Below, one piece after another: positions 7,705 through 15,136 of a stretch of 24,000 nt of DNA. The notes under the pieces are model-generated. The model was not told the DNA's origin, did no database searches, and was given only the letters and a program-made list of their open reading frames with translations. The first letter of the stretch is position 1; every line of letters starts with the position of its first letter. This DNA comes from an uncultured Acidimicrobiales bacterium (lineage in GTDB: Bacteria > Actinomycetota > Acidimicrobiia > Acidimicrobiales > UBA10347). Position numbers and translations under genes: made by a program. The DNA is taken from NCBI GenBank assembly GCA_937942965.1, contig CALDGN010000050.1, forward strand, positions 3,974 through 27,973, written 5' to 3'.

Positions 7705-8990
7705 GCCATCCGACCGATAGCCAGGCGGCGCTCGAACCAGGATTGAGCCATCAGGACTGCTGCTGCTGCCATGCCGACGAATGACAGCACGTGGAAGCCA
7801 GCCATGTCCACGACAATTCCCGACGACAGTGCGCCGAGTCCGCTGGCCAAGTTCGTCGCCATATCCGCGGCGCCTTGCACCGCAACCCGGTCGCCCTCGT
7901 CGACCGACTCGGTCAGCAATGCGCTGCCAGCGACGATGCCGAAGCTCCAGCCCAGGCCGAGCAAGTAGAGACCAGGGAACATCAACAGCTTGGGTGCTTC
8001 GCCCGCGAGCGCCGTGAGCACGGTGGCGAGCGACAGTGTCACGCCCGCGAGCACGACGATCGGCAGACGGCCGTATCGGTCGGAGAGCCAACCGGCGAGC
8101 GGAGCGAACGCGAACATGCCGAGCGTGTGAGCCGAGATGACCTGACCAACCACACCGTCGCTATGCCCGTGAGCTTCCATGTGCAGTGGCGTCATTGCCA
8201 TGACCATCACCATCACGGCTTGGGAGATCACGAGGGCGACGAACGCAAGTCGTGCCATTGGGTGCGCCCATGCGATAGCTACCGCTCGGCGAAACGGCAC
8301 CGCGTTGGCTTTGGTCGTGGCCTTGTCGGTGATGCCGCCGGCGATTGCAAGCGGATCGGGTCGCATGAAGCCGAAGATCGCCGCAGCCGAGACTGCGAAC
8401 AGGATTGCACCGAGCGCCATGCCGCCGGATCGCTCGTTGAAGCCCAGGTCAGCGGCCAGCCCATTGACCGGTCCGACGAGCAGGGGAAAGAGCACGGCGC
8501 CGAAGGTCGCAGCGAAGACGACCGAGCTGATGTCGCGGCTGCGGCGTTCGGGGGCGGCAAGGTCGGCGGCGGCGTAACGCGAAAGGTTCGATGCGCCCGA
8601 GCCGACACCGATCAGAAGCATGCCGAACAGGAACAGCAGCAGGATCTCGGACTCGATGGCGATGATGCAGAGCACGGCGCCGAAGACGGCGATGCCGAGC
8701 CCGAGCGTCAGGCCAGGGTTGCGGCCTCGGCGCTGCATGAATGCCGCCAGGCTTGCCGCAGCGATGGCCGACCCGACGGTGCTGGCCGCCGTCGACATGC
8801 CGGCCCAGCGGTCGTCGCCCAGCAGGTCCTTGATGGCGAGCACGGCGACAGCGAAGATCATCGAGACCGCGCCGCGGCTGAACATAGAGCTCGCCCAGAG
8901 GACACGCAAGGTGCGGTGCTGCACCCGATCGATTTCGGGTTGCCCGATCTCAGGTTGGTGGGCGCCGCTTGCGTTTGCGGTCTCGGTCAT
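7701..8990 (-). CDS. MFS transporter
   Basis: 429 aa with about 12 hydrophobic segments. It has an MFS-type cytoplasmic loop MQRRGRNPG after TM2. The start forms an ATGA overlap with the upstream hydrolase stop. Confidence 0.88.
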   Translation of the reverse strand: MTETANASGAHQPEIGQPEIDRVQHRTLRVLWASSMFSRGAVSMIFAVAVLAIKDLLGDDRWAGMSTAASTVGSAIAAASLAAFMQRRGRNPGLTLGLGIAVFGAVLCIIAIESEILLLFLFGMLLIGVGSGASNLSRYAAADLAAPERRSRDISSVVFAATFGAVLFPLLVGPVNGLAADLGFNERSGGMALGAILFAVSAAAIFGFMRPDPLAIAGGITDKATTKANAVPFRRAVAIAWAHPMARLAFVALVISQAVMVMVMAMTPLHMEAHGHSDGVVGQVISAHTLGMFAFAPLAGWLSDRYGRLPIVVLAGVTLSLATVLTALAGEAPKLLMFPGLYLLGLGWSFGIVAGSALLTESVDEGDRVAVQGAADMATNLASGLGALSSGIVVDMAGFHVLSFVGMAAAAVLMAQSWFERRLAIGRMA

Positions 8991-10072
8991 GCGACGTCCT
9001 CAAGGAAGGCGAGCAGGAGGGCAGATACCCGCTCGGGAGCTTCCTGTTGTAGCCAATGACCAGCTCCTTCGATGAGATGCTGGCCGCGAAGTTCCGTGCA
9101 GGTTGTGGTGAGCGCTTCGATATGGCGTGCGATCACGCTGTCAGTCATCTGCACCGCCGGGTCTCGGTCCCCAATAAGGAACACGGCCGGCACATCGAGC
9201 GCGGCACCAGTCCATAGTTCGGCGAGCTCCCAATTTGCCTGGTGGTTGCGCAGCACGTTGAGCGGATTGGCGAACCCTGACTTGGCGTAGGCCCGGAAGT
9301 AGTTCTCGAACTCGCCCTTGTTGAGATGCGGAGGTCGTCCTGACGGCACCCCATCGCTCCGTGGCAAGTCATTCTTTGGAACCACGTCGTCCGGTCCACC
9401 GGTTGTCAGCCCGCCGCATGACGCCCATTGGATGCGACGAATCGCATCGATCGGATCGGCGTGCAGGCTTGCCTCGTAGTCGGCGTCGTGGGCCCGAACG
9501 AGCTCGACGATGCCCGCGTCGGACCCGCCAGCATTCACTTCGTCGAGCAGGCTGACATCGGTGCGCATGACATAGGGCGTGCTCAGCATCGCCACGCCGC
9601 GCACTCGATCGGGATGCGCCAGCGCCGTCGTCGCGGCGACCCATGCGCCCCAGTCGTGGCCCACGAGTACTGCGTCGTGCGCGCCGTCAGCATCGAGCAG
9701 GCCGACGACATCGCCAACCAGGCGGTCCATCCGATAGGCCTCGACGCGCTCAGGCGCTGCGCTCCAGCCATGGCCCCGCTGATCGGGAGCGAGTACCCGG
9801 TAGCCGGCCGCAGCGAGGGATCGGATCTGGTGGCGCCACGCATAGCCCATCTCGGGAAAGCCGTGGAGCAGGACCACAGTGGGATCTCCCGGTTGACCGG
9901 CCGAGCTCACCGACAGCCGAGTGCCTGCTGCACCGTCTCCGCCATCTATGTCGCTCGCTACACCCGTGTCGACGTCGGAAATACGGACCGTGACCGAGGT
10001 CTCATCCATCGGCGAGACACCGTGGGAATAGGTCGCCCCTTGGCGTCGTTCGACGTGTCTGCATCCACCCAC
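8987..10072 (-). CDS. alpha/beta hydrolase, epoxide-hydrolase-like
   Basis: It has the oxyanion motif LLHGFPEMGYAWRHQ and the Asp-type nucleophile elbow VGHDWGAW. The GTG at 10072 is preceded by a strong SD, AGGAGG (complement of 10082-10087), 9 nt upstream. ATG 10009 is an alternative start. Confidence 0.87.
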   Translation of the reverse strand: MGGCRHVERRQGATYSHGVSPMDETSVTVRISDVDTGVASDIDGGDGAAGTRLSVSSAGQPGDPTVVLLHGFPEMGYAWRHQIRSLAAAGYRVLAPDQRGHGWSAAPERVEAYRMDRLVGDVVGLLDADGAHDAVLVGHDWGAWVAATTALAHPDRVRGVAMLSTPYVMRTDVSLLDEVNAGGSDAGIVELVRAHDADYEASLHADPIDAIRRIQWASCGGLTTGGPDDVVPKNDLPRSDGVPSGRPPHLNKGEFENYFRAYAKSGFANPLNVLRNHQANWELAELWTGAALDVPAVFLIGDRDPAVQMTDSVIARHIEALTTTCTELRGQHLIEGAGHWLQQEAPERVSALLLAFLEDVA

Positions 10073-10087
10073 TGGCTAGCACCTCCT

Positions 10088-10104
10088 CTTGGCACCGCGC
10101 CAAG
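10088..10104. promoter_or_regulatory. inverted repeat CTTGGC-N5-GCCAAG in the divergent hydrolase/hsp20 spacer (candidate operator)
   Basis: Perfect 6-bp arms. It lies 38 nt upstream of the hsp20 ATG and abuts the SD of the divergent operon. Confidence 0.3.
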
Positions 10105-10141
10105 GGGGCGAAGCCAACCACTCTCATGAGGAGAACCAGCA

Positions 10142-10603
10142 ATGTTGTTTCGTTCGTCTGATCTGCTCGCCGACTTCGAGCGCCTAACCCGGGGCCTCAA
10201 CCTGGGTTCGGAGTTCGACGAGGTCGTCGACAACCTCTCCAACGGCTTCAAGGCCGCTGGGGAGTCCAACAAATTCGCCACTCCTGGCGTCGATGCGGTC
10301 TCCACCGCATCGGGCTACGAGTTCTACATCGACCTTCCTGGCGTCGACCCCAGCTCGGTAGAGCTGACCGTCGACGGACGAGTCGTCACGATCACCGCAA
10401 GCCGCGAATTCGCCGTCGCTGACGACGCTGAACTCGTACATGCGGGCCGTCGCCACGGCTCGGTCAGCCGGTCCTTCCGGTTGGGTCCCGATGTCGATGC
10501 CGAGGGCTTGAGCGCTCGCTCCGAGCACGGCGTCTTGATTGTGACCGTCCCCAAGATCGAAGCGCCCCAGCCGCGCAAGATCGAGATCACCACCACGGAC
10601 TGA
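10142..10603 (+). CDS. Hsp20/alpha-crystallin family small heat-shock protein
   Basis: 153 aa with an alpha-crystallin domain: YEFYIDLPGVDPSSVELTVDGRVVTI...GSVSRSFRLG...HGVLIVTVPK. An SD, GAGGAG, lies 8 nt upstream of the ATG. Confidence 0.93.
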   Translation: MLFRSSDLLADFERLTRGLNLGSEFDEVVDNLSNGFKAAGESNKFATPGVDAVSTASGYEFYIDLPGVDPSSVELTVDGRVVTITASREFAVADDAELVHAGRRHGSVSRSFRLGPDVDAEGLSARSEHGVLIVTVPKIEAPQPRKIEITTTD

Positions 10604-10671
10604 CCCTCGACGGCCGCTCACTACCGGCGGCCCGACAGATGTTCAGCATCTGAGAACATCCAGCTACAGAG

Positions 10672-10703
10672 CAGCCCGGCGTGTGCAGACGCCGGGCTGT
10701 TTC
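10672..10703 (+). terminator. GC-rich hairpin between convergent hsp20 and the AsnC-like gene (putative intrinsic terminator)
   Basis: Perfect 10-bp stem of CAGCCCGGCG (10672-10681) and CGCCGGGCTG (10690-10699) with an 8-nt loop, followed by TTTCG on the + strand. The T-tract is short, and there is none on the minus side. Confidence 0.5.
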
Positions 10704-10721
10704 GCGTTGCAGCGAGGCTGG

Positions 10722-10958
10722 CTAGAGATTCACGACCGGCGAGGTGAGGGTGCGGTTGATACCGGGCACCTTCTGCACGCTGCTCACGACCATGCGCCCG
10801 AGTTCGTCCATCGTGTCCGCCGAGGTCTTGGCGATGACGTCGTAGGGGCCGGTCACCACATCGACGGCATCGACGCCGGCGATCTCAGCAATCGCCGATG
10901 CCACCGCGGCTGCCTTGTCCATCTCGGTCTGGATGAGCACATAGGCACTGACGGTCAT
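10722..10958 (-). CDS. Lrp/AsnC ligand-binding (RAM) domain-only protein
   Basis: 78 aa: MTVSAYVLIQTEMDKAAAVASAIAEIAGVDAVDVVTGPYDVIAKTSA... This is the typical stand-alone AsnC_trans_reg fold pattern. An SD, AGGAG, lies 10 nt upstream. Confidence 0.85.
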   Translation of the reverse strand: MTVSAYVLIQTEMDKAAAVASAIAEIAGVDAVDVVTGPYDVIAKTSADTMDELGRMVVSSVQKVPGINRTLTSPVVNL

Positions 10959-10968
10959 GATGGCGACT

Positions 10969-11027
10969 CCTGCGATTGGTCAAGGGCCGCATTGATTGGT
11001 TAGGCCCGCTGGTGCGCACACTAACCA
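10969..11027. repeat. degenerate ~20-nt tandem repeat plus inverted repeat, upstream of the AsnC-like gene
   Basis: GATTGGTcaaGGGCCGC (10974-) and GATTGGTtaGGCCCGC (10994-) sit 20 nt apart. The inverted repeat is TGGTTAG (10997-11003) and CTAACCA (11021-11027), and it encloses the palindrome GTGCGCAC. The segment shares CCTGCGATTG..CAAGGGCCG with 15596-15618. Confidence 0.45.
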
Positions 11028-11068
11028 CGGAGCCGCTCGGGGCGCTACCAGATTGCCGCCGGTAGGGC

Positions 11069-11443
11069 TCAGGCGACGACCGGTGCGGCGTCGAGGAACA
11101 TCGCCCGGATCGCCAGGCCCGTGATGAACAGGCTGCCGCCTCCGTACAACAGGTAGCGGATGTGGCTGAGCTGCGAGCGGTAGCCGTAGAGGATGGCGAC
11201 GCCGATCAGGCAGAGGAAGCCGTAGAAGGTGTGGAACTCGGGCGGGTCGCCTTCGAGTTGCCCCAGGCGGGCCACACCGAGCGCCACCTCGACAAAGATC
11301 AGCACCTGGGCGACGGTCACGAACGGCCAGAGCGCTCGATGCCGTGCCGGTTGCAGCCAGTGCGCGGCCAGGCACCAGGCGCCGGCGAGGCCGTTGGCGA
11401 TCACGACGACCCACGCGCCGATGGTGTGCAGATCAGCAAGCAT
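11069..11443 (-). CDS. small integral membrane protein (about 4 TM), hypothetical
   Basis: 124 aa from ATG 11443: MLADLHTIGAWVVVIANGLAGAW... The start lies 11 nt after the PIG-L stop. The longer track ORF (to 11530) would overlap the upstream gene and is Arg-rich. Confidence 0.6.
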   Translation of the reverse strand: MLADLHTIGAWVVVIANGLAGAWCLAAHWLQPARHRALWPFVTVAQVLIFVEVALGVARLGQLEGDPPEFHTFYGFLCLIGVAILYGYRSQLSHIRYLLYGGGSLFITGLAIRAMFLDAAPVVA

Positions 11444-11454
11444 TGCGGTGCCGG

Positions 11455-12255
11455 TCAGTCGAAGATCGAGGTGGCGAAGTCGCCTTGGCGATCGTTGCTC
11501 GCCTCGTGGCGAGCGGCGTCGACGAGCCACTCGGTGCCAAAGGCCTGAGCGAACGCGACATCGTCCATGGCCAGGAAGAAGCTCTCGTCGGTGATCTGGC
11601 TGGCGTGCGCCGCCAGGCTGGCCCGCTTGCGGTCAAGCGCCGCGCGCACATCGATGGCGTGGGTGATCTCGCTTGCGGGCATGCCGAACGCTTCGGTGTC
11701 GACTCGATCGTCGTCTTCGAGGTCTTCGTCGCCGATAGCCCCGGATGCACGCATCTCGTCGATCGCGTTGCGGTTTGCGGTTGCCCAGAAGACGCGCTCG
11801 ACGCCGGCGATCTCGGCGGCGCGGGCGCCGACGGTGTGGACCTTGAGGTGATCTGGGTGCCCATAGACACCGTGCGGGTCGTAGCCGACAAGGATGTCGC
11901 ACTCGTACTTCGACAGCAGGGCCGCCATCTGCTCGCTGGCTGCCTCGAGGTCGGCCTGCCAGAAACAGGTCGGATCGTCGTTGGATGGCTCGCCGACCAT
12001 GCCCGAGTCTTTGTAGCCCAGGAACTCGAGCGCCTCGACGCCGAGCAGGTCACACGACTGCTTGAGCTCTTGCTCGCGCCGGTCACCCAGCAGCTCGCCC
12101 GGTTCCAGCACGCCATCGGCGGGCTCGCCCATCTCGCCACGGGTCGCGCAAACGAGCACGACGCGGTGTCCCGCGTCGGACATGAGCGCCATGGTCCCGC
12201 CGGTCGAGATCGCCTCGTCGTCGGGGTGAGCGTGGAAGAAGACCAGGTTCGCCAT
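11455..12255 (-). CDS. PIG-L/LmbE family deacetylase (MshB/Mca-like)
   Basis: 266 aa. The N-terminal zinc motif is VFFHAHPDDEAISTGG, and HPDH lies further on. Confidence 0.87.
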   Translation of the reverse strand: MANLVFFHAHPDDEAISTGGTMALMSDAGHRVVLVCATRGEMGEPADGVLEPGELLGDRREQELKQSCDLLGVEALEFLGYKDSGMVGEPSNDDPTCFWQADLEAASEQMAALLSKYECDILVGYDPHGVYGHPDHLKVHTVGARAAEIAGVERVFWATANRNAIDEMRASGAIGDEDLEDDDRVDTEAFGMPASEITHAIDVRAALDRKRASLAAHASQITDESFFLAMDDVAFAQAFGTEWLVDAARHEASNDRQGDFATSIFD

Positions 12256-12275
12256 GAGCGAAGTCTCGCAGGTTG

Positions 12276-12339
12276 TCAGAAGATTCAGGCGCCAGACTCA
12301 GGCGCCAGACTCAGGCGCCGAACCTAGGCGCCGAACCTA
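12276..12339. repeat. 13-nt tandem array carrying a stop codon in each unit
   Basis: Minus-strand reading: ...GCGATCGCCTAG (gene end), GTTCGGCGCCTAG, GTTCGGCGCCTGA, GTCTGGCGCCTGA, GTCTGGCGCCTGA, ATCTTCTGA. The four full units are at 12324-12336, 12311-12323, 12298-12310 and 12285-12297. Confidence 0.9.
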
Positions 12340-13479
12340 GGCGATCGCTCCGGCGTCTCGCAGTGCGCTGATCTCGTCCGCTCCGAAGCCGAACGCTGTC
12401 AGCGTCTCGTCGGTGTTCTGGCCCGCATGCGGCGGGGAGTTCGGGGTCGAGGTCGGCGTGCCGCTGAATCGTGGTGCGGGAGCTGGCTGCGTGATCCCGT
12501 CGATGTCGATGAAGGTGCTGCGAGCCACGTTGTGCGGATGCGTCGGCGCCTCGTCGGGGTTCAGCACCGGCGCGAAGCAGATGTCGGTGTGCTCCATGAT
12601 CTCGCACCACTCGTCGCGGGTCTTCGTCTTGAAGATGCCTGCAACCTTGGCCTTGAGCGCTGGCCACTGCTCGCGATCCATCTGGCGCGGAAGGTCAGCC
12701 GGGTCGAGCTCCATCTTCTCGAGCAGCAGTGAGTAGAACTGCGGCTCGATCGAACCGATCGAGACGTACTCGCCGTCGCTGCATTCGTAGACGTCGTAGA
12801 AGTGTGAACCGGTGTCGAGCATGTTCGTGCCGCGTTCGTCCTGCCACATGCCCGTTGCTCGCATCGTCGAGAACATCGATGCCAACACCGCGGCGCCATC
12901 GACCATCGCCGCATCGACGACCTGGCCCTTGCCGGTTGCCCGAGCGCTCACCAGAGCGGCGACCACACCGAAGGCGAGGAACATGCCGCCGCCACCGAAG
13001 TCACCGACGAGATTGAGCGGAGGCACAGGGCCTTCGTCCTTGCGGCCAATCATCGACAGCACGCCAGACAGGGCGATGTAGTTGATGTCGTGGCCCGCGG
13101 CGAGGGCGTACGGACCGTCTTGGCCCCAGCCGGTCATGCGGCCGTAGACAAGGGCCGGGTTGACGGCGAGACAGTCGTCGGGGCCGATCCCCATGCGCTC
13201 GGTGACGCCGGGGCGGAAGCCCTCGATCAGGATGTCTGACTCGGCGATAAGCCGCTTCATCATCTCGATGGCTTCGGGGTTCTTGAGGTCGACACCAATG
13301 GAGCGTCGGCCGCGCATCGACACGTCGATGTTGGGTCGGTCGGGGAACTCGGCGGGCACTGAGCCAGCTCGATCGACGCGAACGACGTCAGCGCCCATGT
13401 CGGCGAGCATCATTCCGCAGAATGGCCCGGGGCCGATGCCGGCGAGCTCGATGACCTTGACTCCTGCGAGCGGACCCAT
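12337..13479 (-). CDS. family III CoA-transferase (CaiB/BaiF; alpha-methylacyl-CoA racemase-like)
   Basis: 380 aa with the classic N-terminus LAGVKVIELAGIGPGPFCGMMLADMGADVVRVDR. An SD, GGGAG, lies upstream. Confidence 0.92.
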   Translation of the reverse strand: MGPLAGVKVIELAGIGPGPFCGMMLADMGADVVRVDRAGSVPAEFPDRPNIDVSMRGRRSIGVDLKNPEAIEMMKRLIAESDILIEGFRPGVTERMGIGPDDCLAVNPALVYGRMTGWGQDGPYALAAGHDINYIALSGVLSMIGRKDEGPVPPLNLVGDFGGGGMFLAFGVVAALVSARATGKGQVVDAAMVDGAAVLASMFSTMRATGMWQDERGTNMLDTGSHFYDVYECSDGEYVSIGSIEPQFYSLLLEKMELDPADLPRQMDREQWPALKAKVAGIFKTKTRDEWCEIMEHTDICFAPVLNPDEAPTHPHNVARSTFIDIDGITQPAPAPRFSGTPTSTPNSPPHAGQNTDETLTAFGFGADEISALRDAGAIA

Positions 13480-13517
13480 TGTGTTTTCTCCCGTGTGGTG
13501 GTGCTGAGGCCTGAGAT

Positions 13518-14417
13518 TCAGGCTTTGGCGGCGTTGCGTGTCACACCGTCGACGACCTGGTCGACGAGTGCCTTAGGAACATCGTGGCCCATGCCGTCGA
13601 TCAGAAGAAGTTCGGCGCCCGGAATGCAGGCTGCGGTGCGCTCTCCGCCGCTCGGAGTGACGAGCTGGTCGGCGGTTCCGTGAATGACGACGGTCGGCAT
13701 GTTGAGGTTGGCCAGTGCGGCGTCGCGAGCTGGGCTGGCCACGATTGCGCAGGTCTGCCGGGCGGTGCCTTCGGTTTGGGCGCCGCCTACGCGGTCCCAG
13801 CTGGCTGCGAGCGAGATCGCCATCTCTTCGGGGTCGTAGTGCTCGGGACTCGCCCACACACGGATGTTCTCGATACCAGCAGCGATCATTGCCTCGCGGG
13901 TGTCTTCGGCTGGCGGCGACATGATGGCGGTCAGGGCTGCGGGTGTCGGCTGACCGACGTCGGAGGCTCCGGTGGTGCTCATGATCGAAGCCAAAGTCAG
14001 CACACGTTCCGGGTGGCTGATCGCCAAGGACTGGGCAATCATGCCGCCCATCGAAATGCCGACGACGTGGGCGGCTTCGACCCCAACGGCGTCGAGCACT
14101 GCGGCTGCGTCGTCGCCCATGTCGGACAGCAGGTACGCGATCTCAGGCTGCTGGCCAGTGAGCAGGGCTTCGAGCACGGCACCCGCGTTTGAGGGCGCTC
14201 CGTCGAGCATCGTGGAGAGACCTCGGTCCCGGTTGTCCATGAGGATCAGCCGGTATTGGGCGGCGAGCGGTTCGATGAAGTGGTCGGGCCAGTCGATGAG
14301 CTGCATGCCGAGGCCTGGAATGAGCAGCATCGGCGGACCGGCCGGGTTGCCGACAAGTTCGTAGTAGAGGTCGATGCCGTCGCGCGTCGCAACGTTCGAT
14401 TCAGCAGTTGGAGCCAT
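13518..14417 (-). CDS. alpha/beta hydrolase
   Basis: It has the nucleophile elbow VVGISMGGMIA, an HG-like region LLIPGLG, and C-terminal IHGTADQLV and GMGHDV. I prefer ATG 14417; the track start at 14429 is a TTG. Confidence 0.84.
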   Translation of the reverse strand: MAPTAESNVATRDGIDLYYELVGNPAGPPMLLIPGLGMQLIDWPDHFIEPLAAQYRLILMDNRDRGLSTMLDGAPSNAGAVLEALLTGQQPEIAYLLSDMGDDAAAVLDAVGVEAAHVVGISMGGMIAQSLAISHPERVLTLASIMSTTGASDVGQPTPAALTAIMSPPAEDTREAMIAAGIENIRVWASPEHYDPEEMAISLAASWDRVGGAQTEGTARQTCAIVASPARDAALANLNMPTVVIHGTADQLVTPSGGERTAACIPGAELLLIDGMGHDVPKALVDQVVDGVTRNAAKA

Positions 14418-14450
14418 CGGGACAGTCAAGCAGGCGCAGCGCTGTCCGGG

Positions 14451-14485
14451 TCACATGCGCCAATCACATGCGCCAATCACATGCG
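14451..14485. repeat. 13-nt tandem duplication re-copying the stop region of the bPH/SHOCT gene
   Basis: Minus-strand reading: AATCGCATGTGA (gene end, R-M-stop), TTGGCGCATGTGA, TTGGCGCATGTGA. On the + strand, tcacatgcgccaa lies at 14451-14463 and 14464-14476, and tcacatgcg at 14477-14485. Confidence 0.9.
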
Positions 14486-15121
14486 ATTGAGTAGCTCGGT
14501 CTTCTTGGTTTGGAACTCGGCTTCGGTGATCACGCCCCGCAGCCGGAGCTGATCGAGCTGTTCGATCTGTTCGGGGATCGAGAGCGCCGCGGGAGCCGCC
14601 GGTGCGACCGCAGCAGCATGCGCTTCGGCCATCGCCGTGAACTCTTGGCTCTTGTTGATCTCCATCGCCCGGTAGATCTCTTGTTGGATCAGGTTCGGTC
14701 GGCGCACGTTGTGGAAGTCCTGCTGGCCGCCCTCGCCCGCGGACTCGACGGTGAGGTCGCCGCTTCCGACCATCCGTTCGAACAGCGACTGGTTGAAGAA
14801 GACGGTGTTGATGCGTTCGAGGGGAATCTCGATGCCGGTCTTTGAGATCACGCCGGTGCGATGCACGAGTCGGTCGGTCGTGATGACGAAATTGTTGCCG
14901 TTCCACACGAGCCATCGCCACGCCAGGTTCAGCACGGCCAGCACGAGCAGCGCCGCAATGATGAACAGCACGACTTGGGGCGCGCCGAAGCCAGCTGCGA
15001 TGCCCGCCACGATGAGGACGGCAACCACGATCGCGACCTGCGGGGTGACGAACCACCAGTGCGGGCGTAGGTCGAGCAGGATCTCTTCGTTGGCGTTGAG
15101 TAGCTTCCGATCGAAGCCCAT
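14477..15121 (-). CDS. membrane bPH_2 (YdbS/YdbT-like PH) domain protein with C-terminal SHOCT domain
   Basis: 214 aa. The order is N-terminal EEILLDLRPHWWF, two TM helices, then the PH-like core FVITTDRLVHRTGVISKTGIEIPLERI. An Ala-rich linker leads to the SHOCT-like tail IEQLDQLRLRGVITEAEFQTKKTELL. Confidence 0.8.
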   Translation of the reverse strand: MGFDRKLLNANEEILLDLRPHWWFVTPQVAIVVAVLIVAGIAAGFGAPQVVLFIIAALLVLAVLNLAWRWLVWNGNNFVITTDRLVHRTGVISKTGIEIPLERINTVFFNQSLFERMVGSGDLTVESAGEGGQQDFHNVRRPNLIQQEIYRAMEINKSQEFTAMAEAHAAAVAPAAPAALSIPEQIEQLDQLRLRGVITEAEFQTKKTELLNRM

Positions 15122-15136
15122 AAGCGCTGGCCTTGG

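Noticed and set aside
7705-8091. N-terminal extension of the Eis-like ORF (536 aa in the track). The xthA ORF (21160-21285) and the membrane protein ORF (11444-11530) have similar extensions.
   Set aside because: The extensions overlap the upstream gene or are Arg/Pro-rich with no homology-like features. Internal ATGs give family-typical lengths and stop/start coupling.
10089-10098. TTGGCACCGC occurs here and at 22035-22044 and resembles the -24 element (TGGCAC) of sigma-54 promoters.
   Set aside because: No TTGC -12 element lies at the required 5-nt spacing in either copy, and sigma-54 is not expected in Actinomycetota. A 10-mer recurrence in 24 kb is within chance.
10636-10660. AT-richer segment with two mutually exclusive small hairpins (CAGATG/CATCTG and GATGTTC/GAACATC) downstream of hsp20.
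   Set aside because: The stems are only 6-7 bp and weak. It lies between two converging gene ends next to a much stronger GC hairpin, and there is no evidence for an attenuator or small ORF.
13480-13520. Possible 7-nt periodicity (GCCTGA ATCTCAG GCCTCAG) after the alpha/beta-hydrolase stop, considered as another stop-anchored duplication.
   Set aside because: It is too short and degenerate to distinguish from chance, so I did not count it among the arrays.
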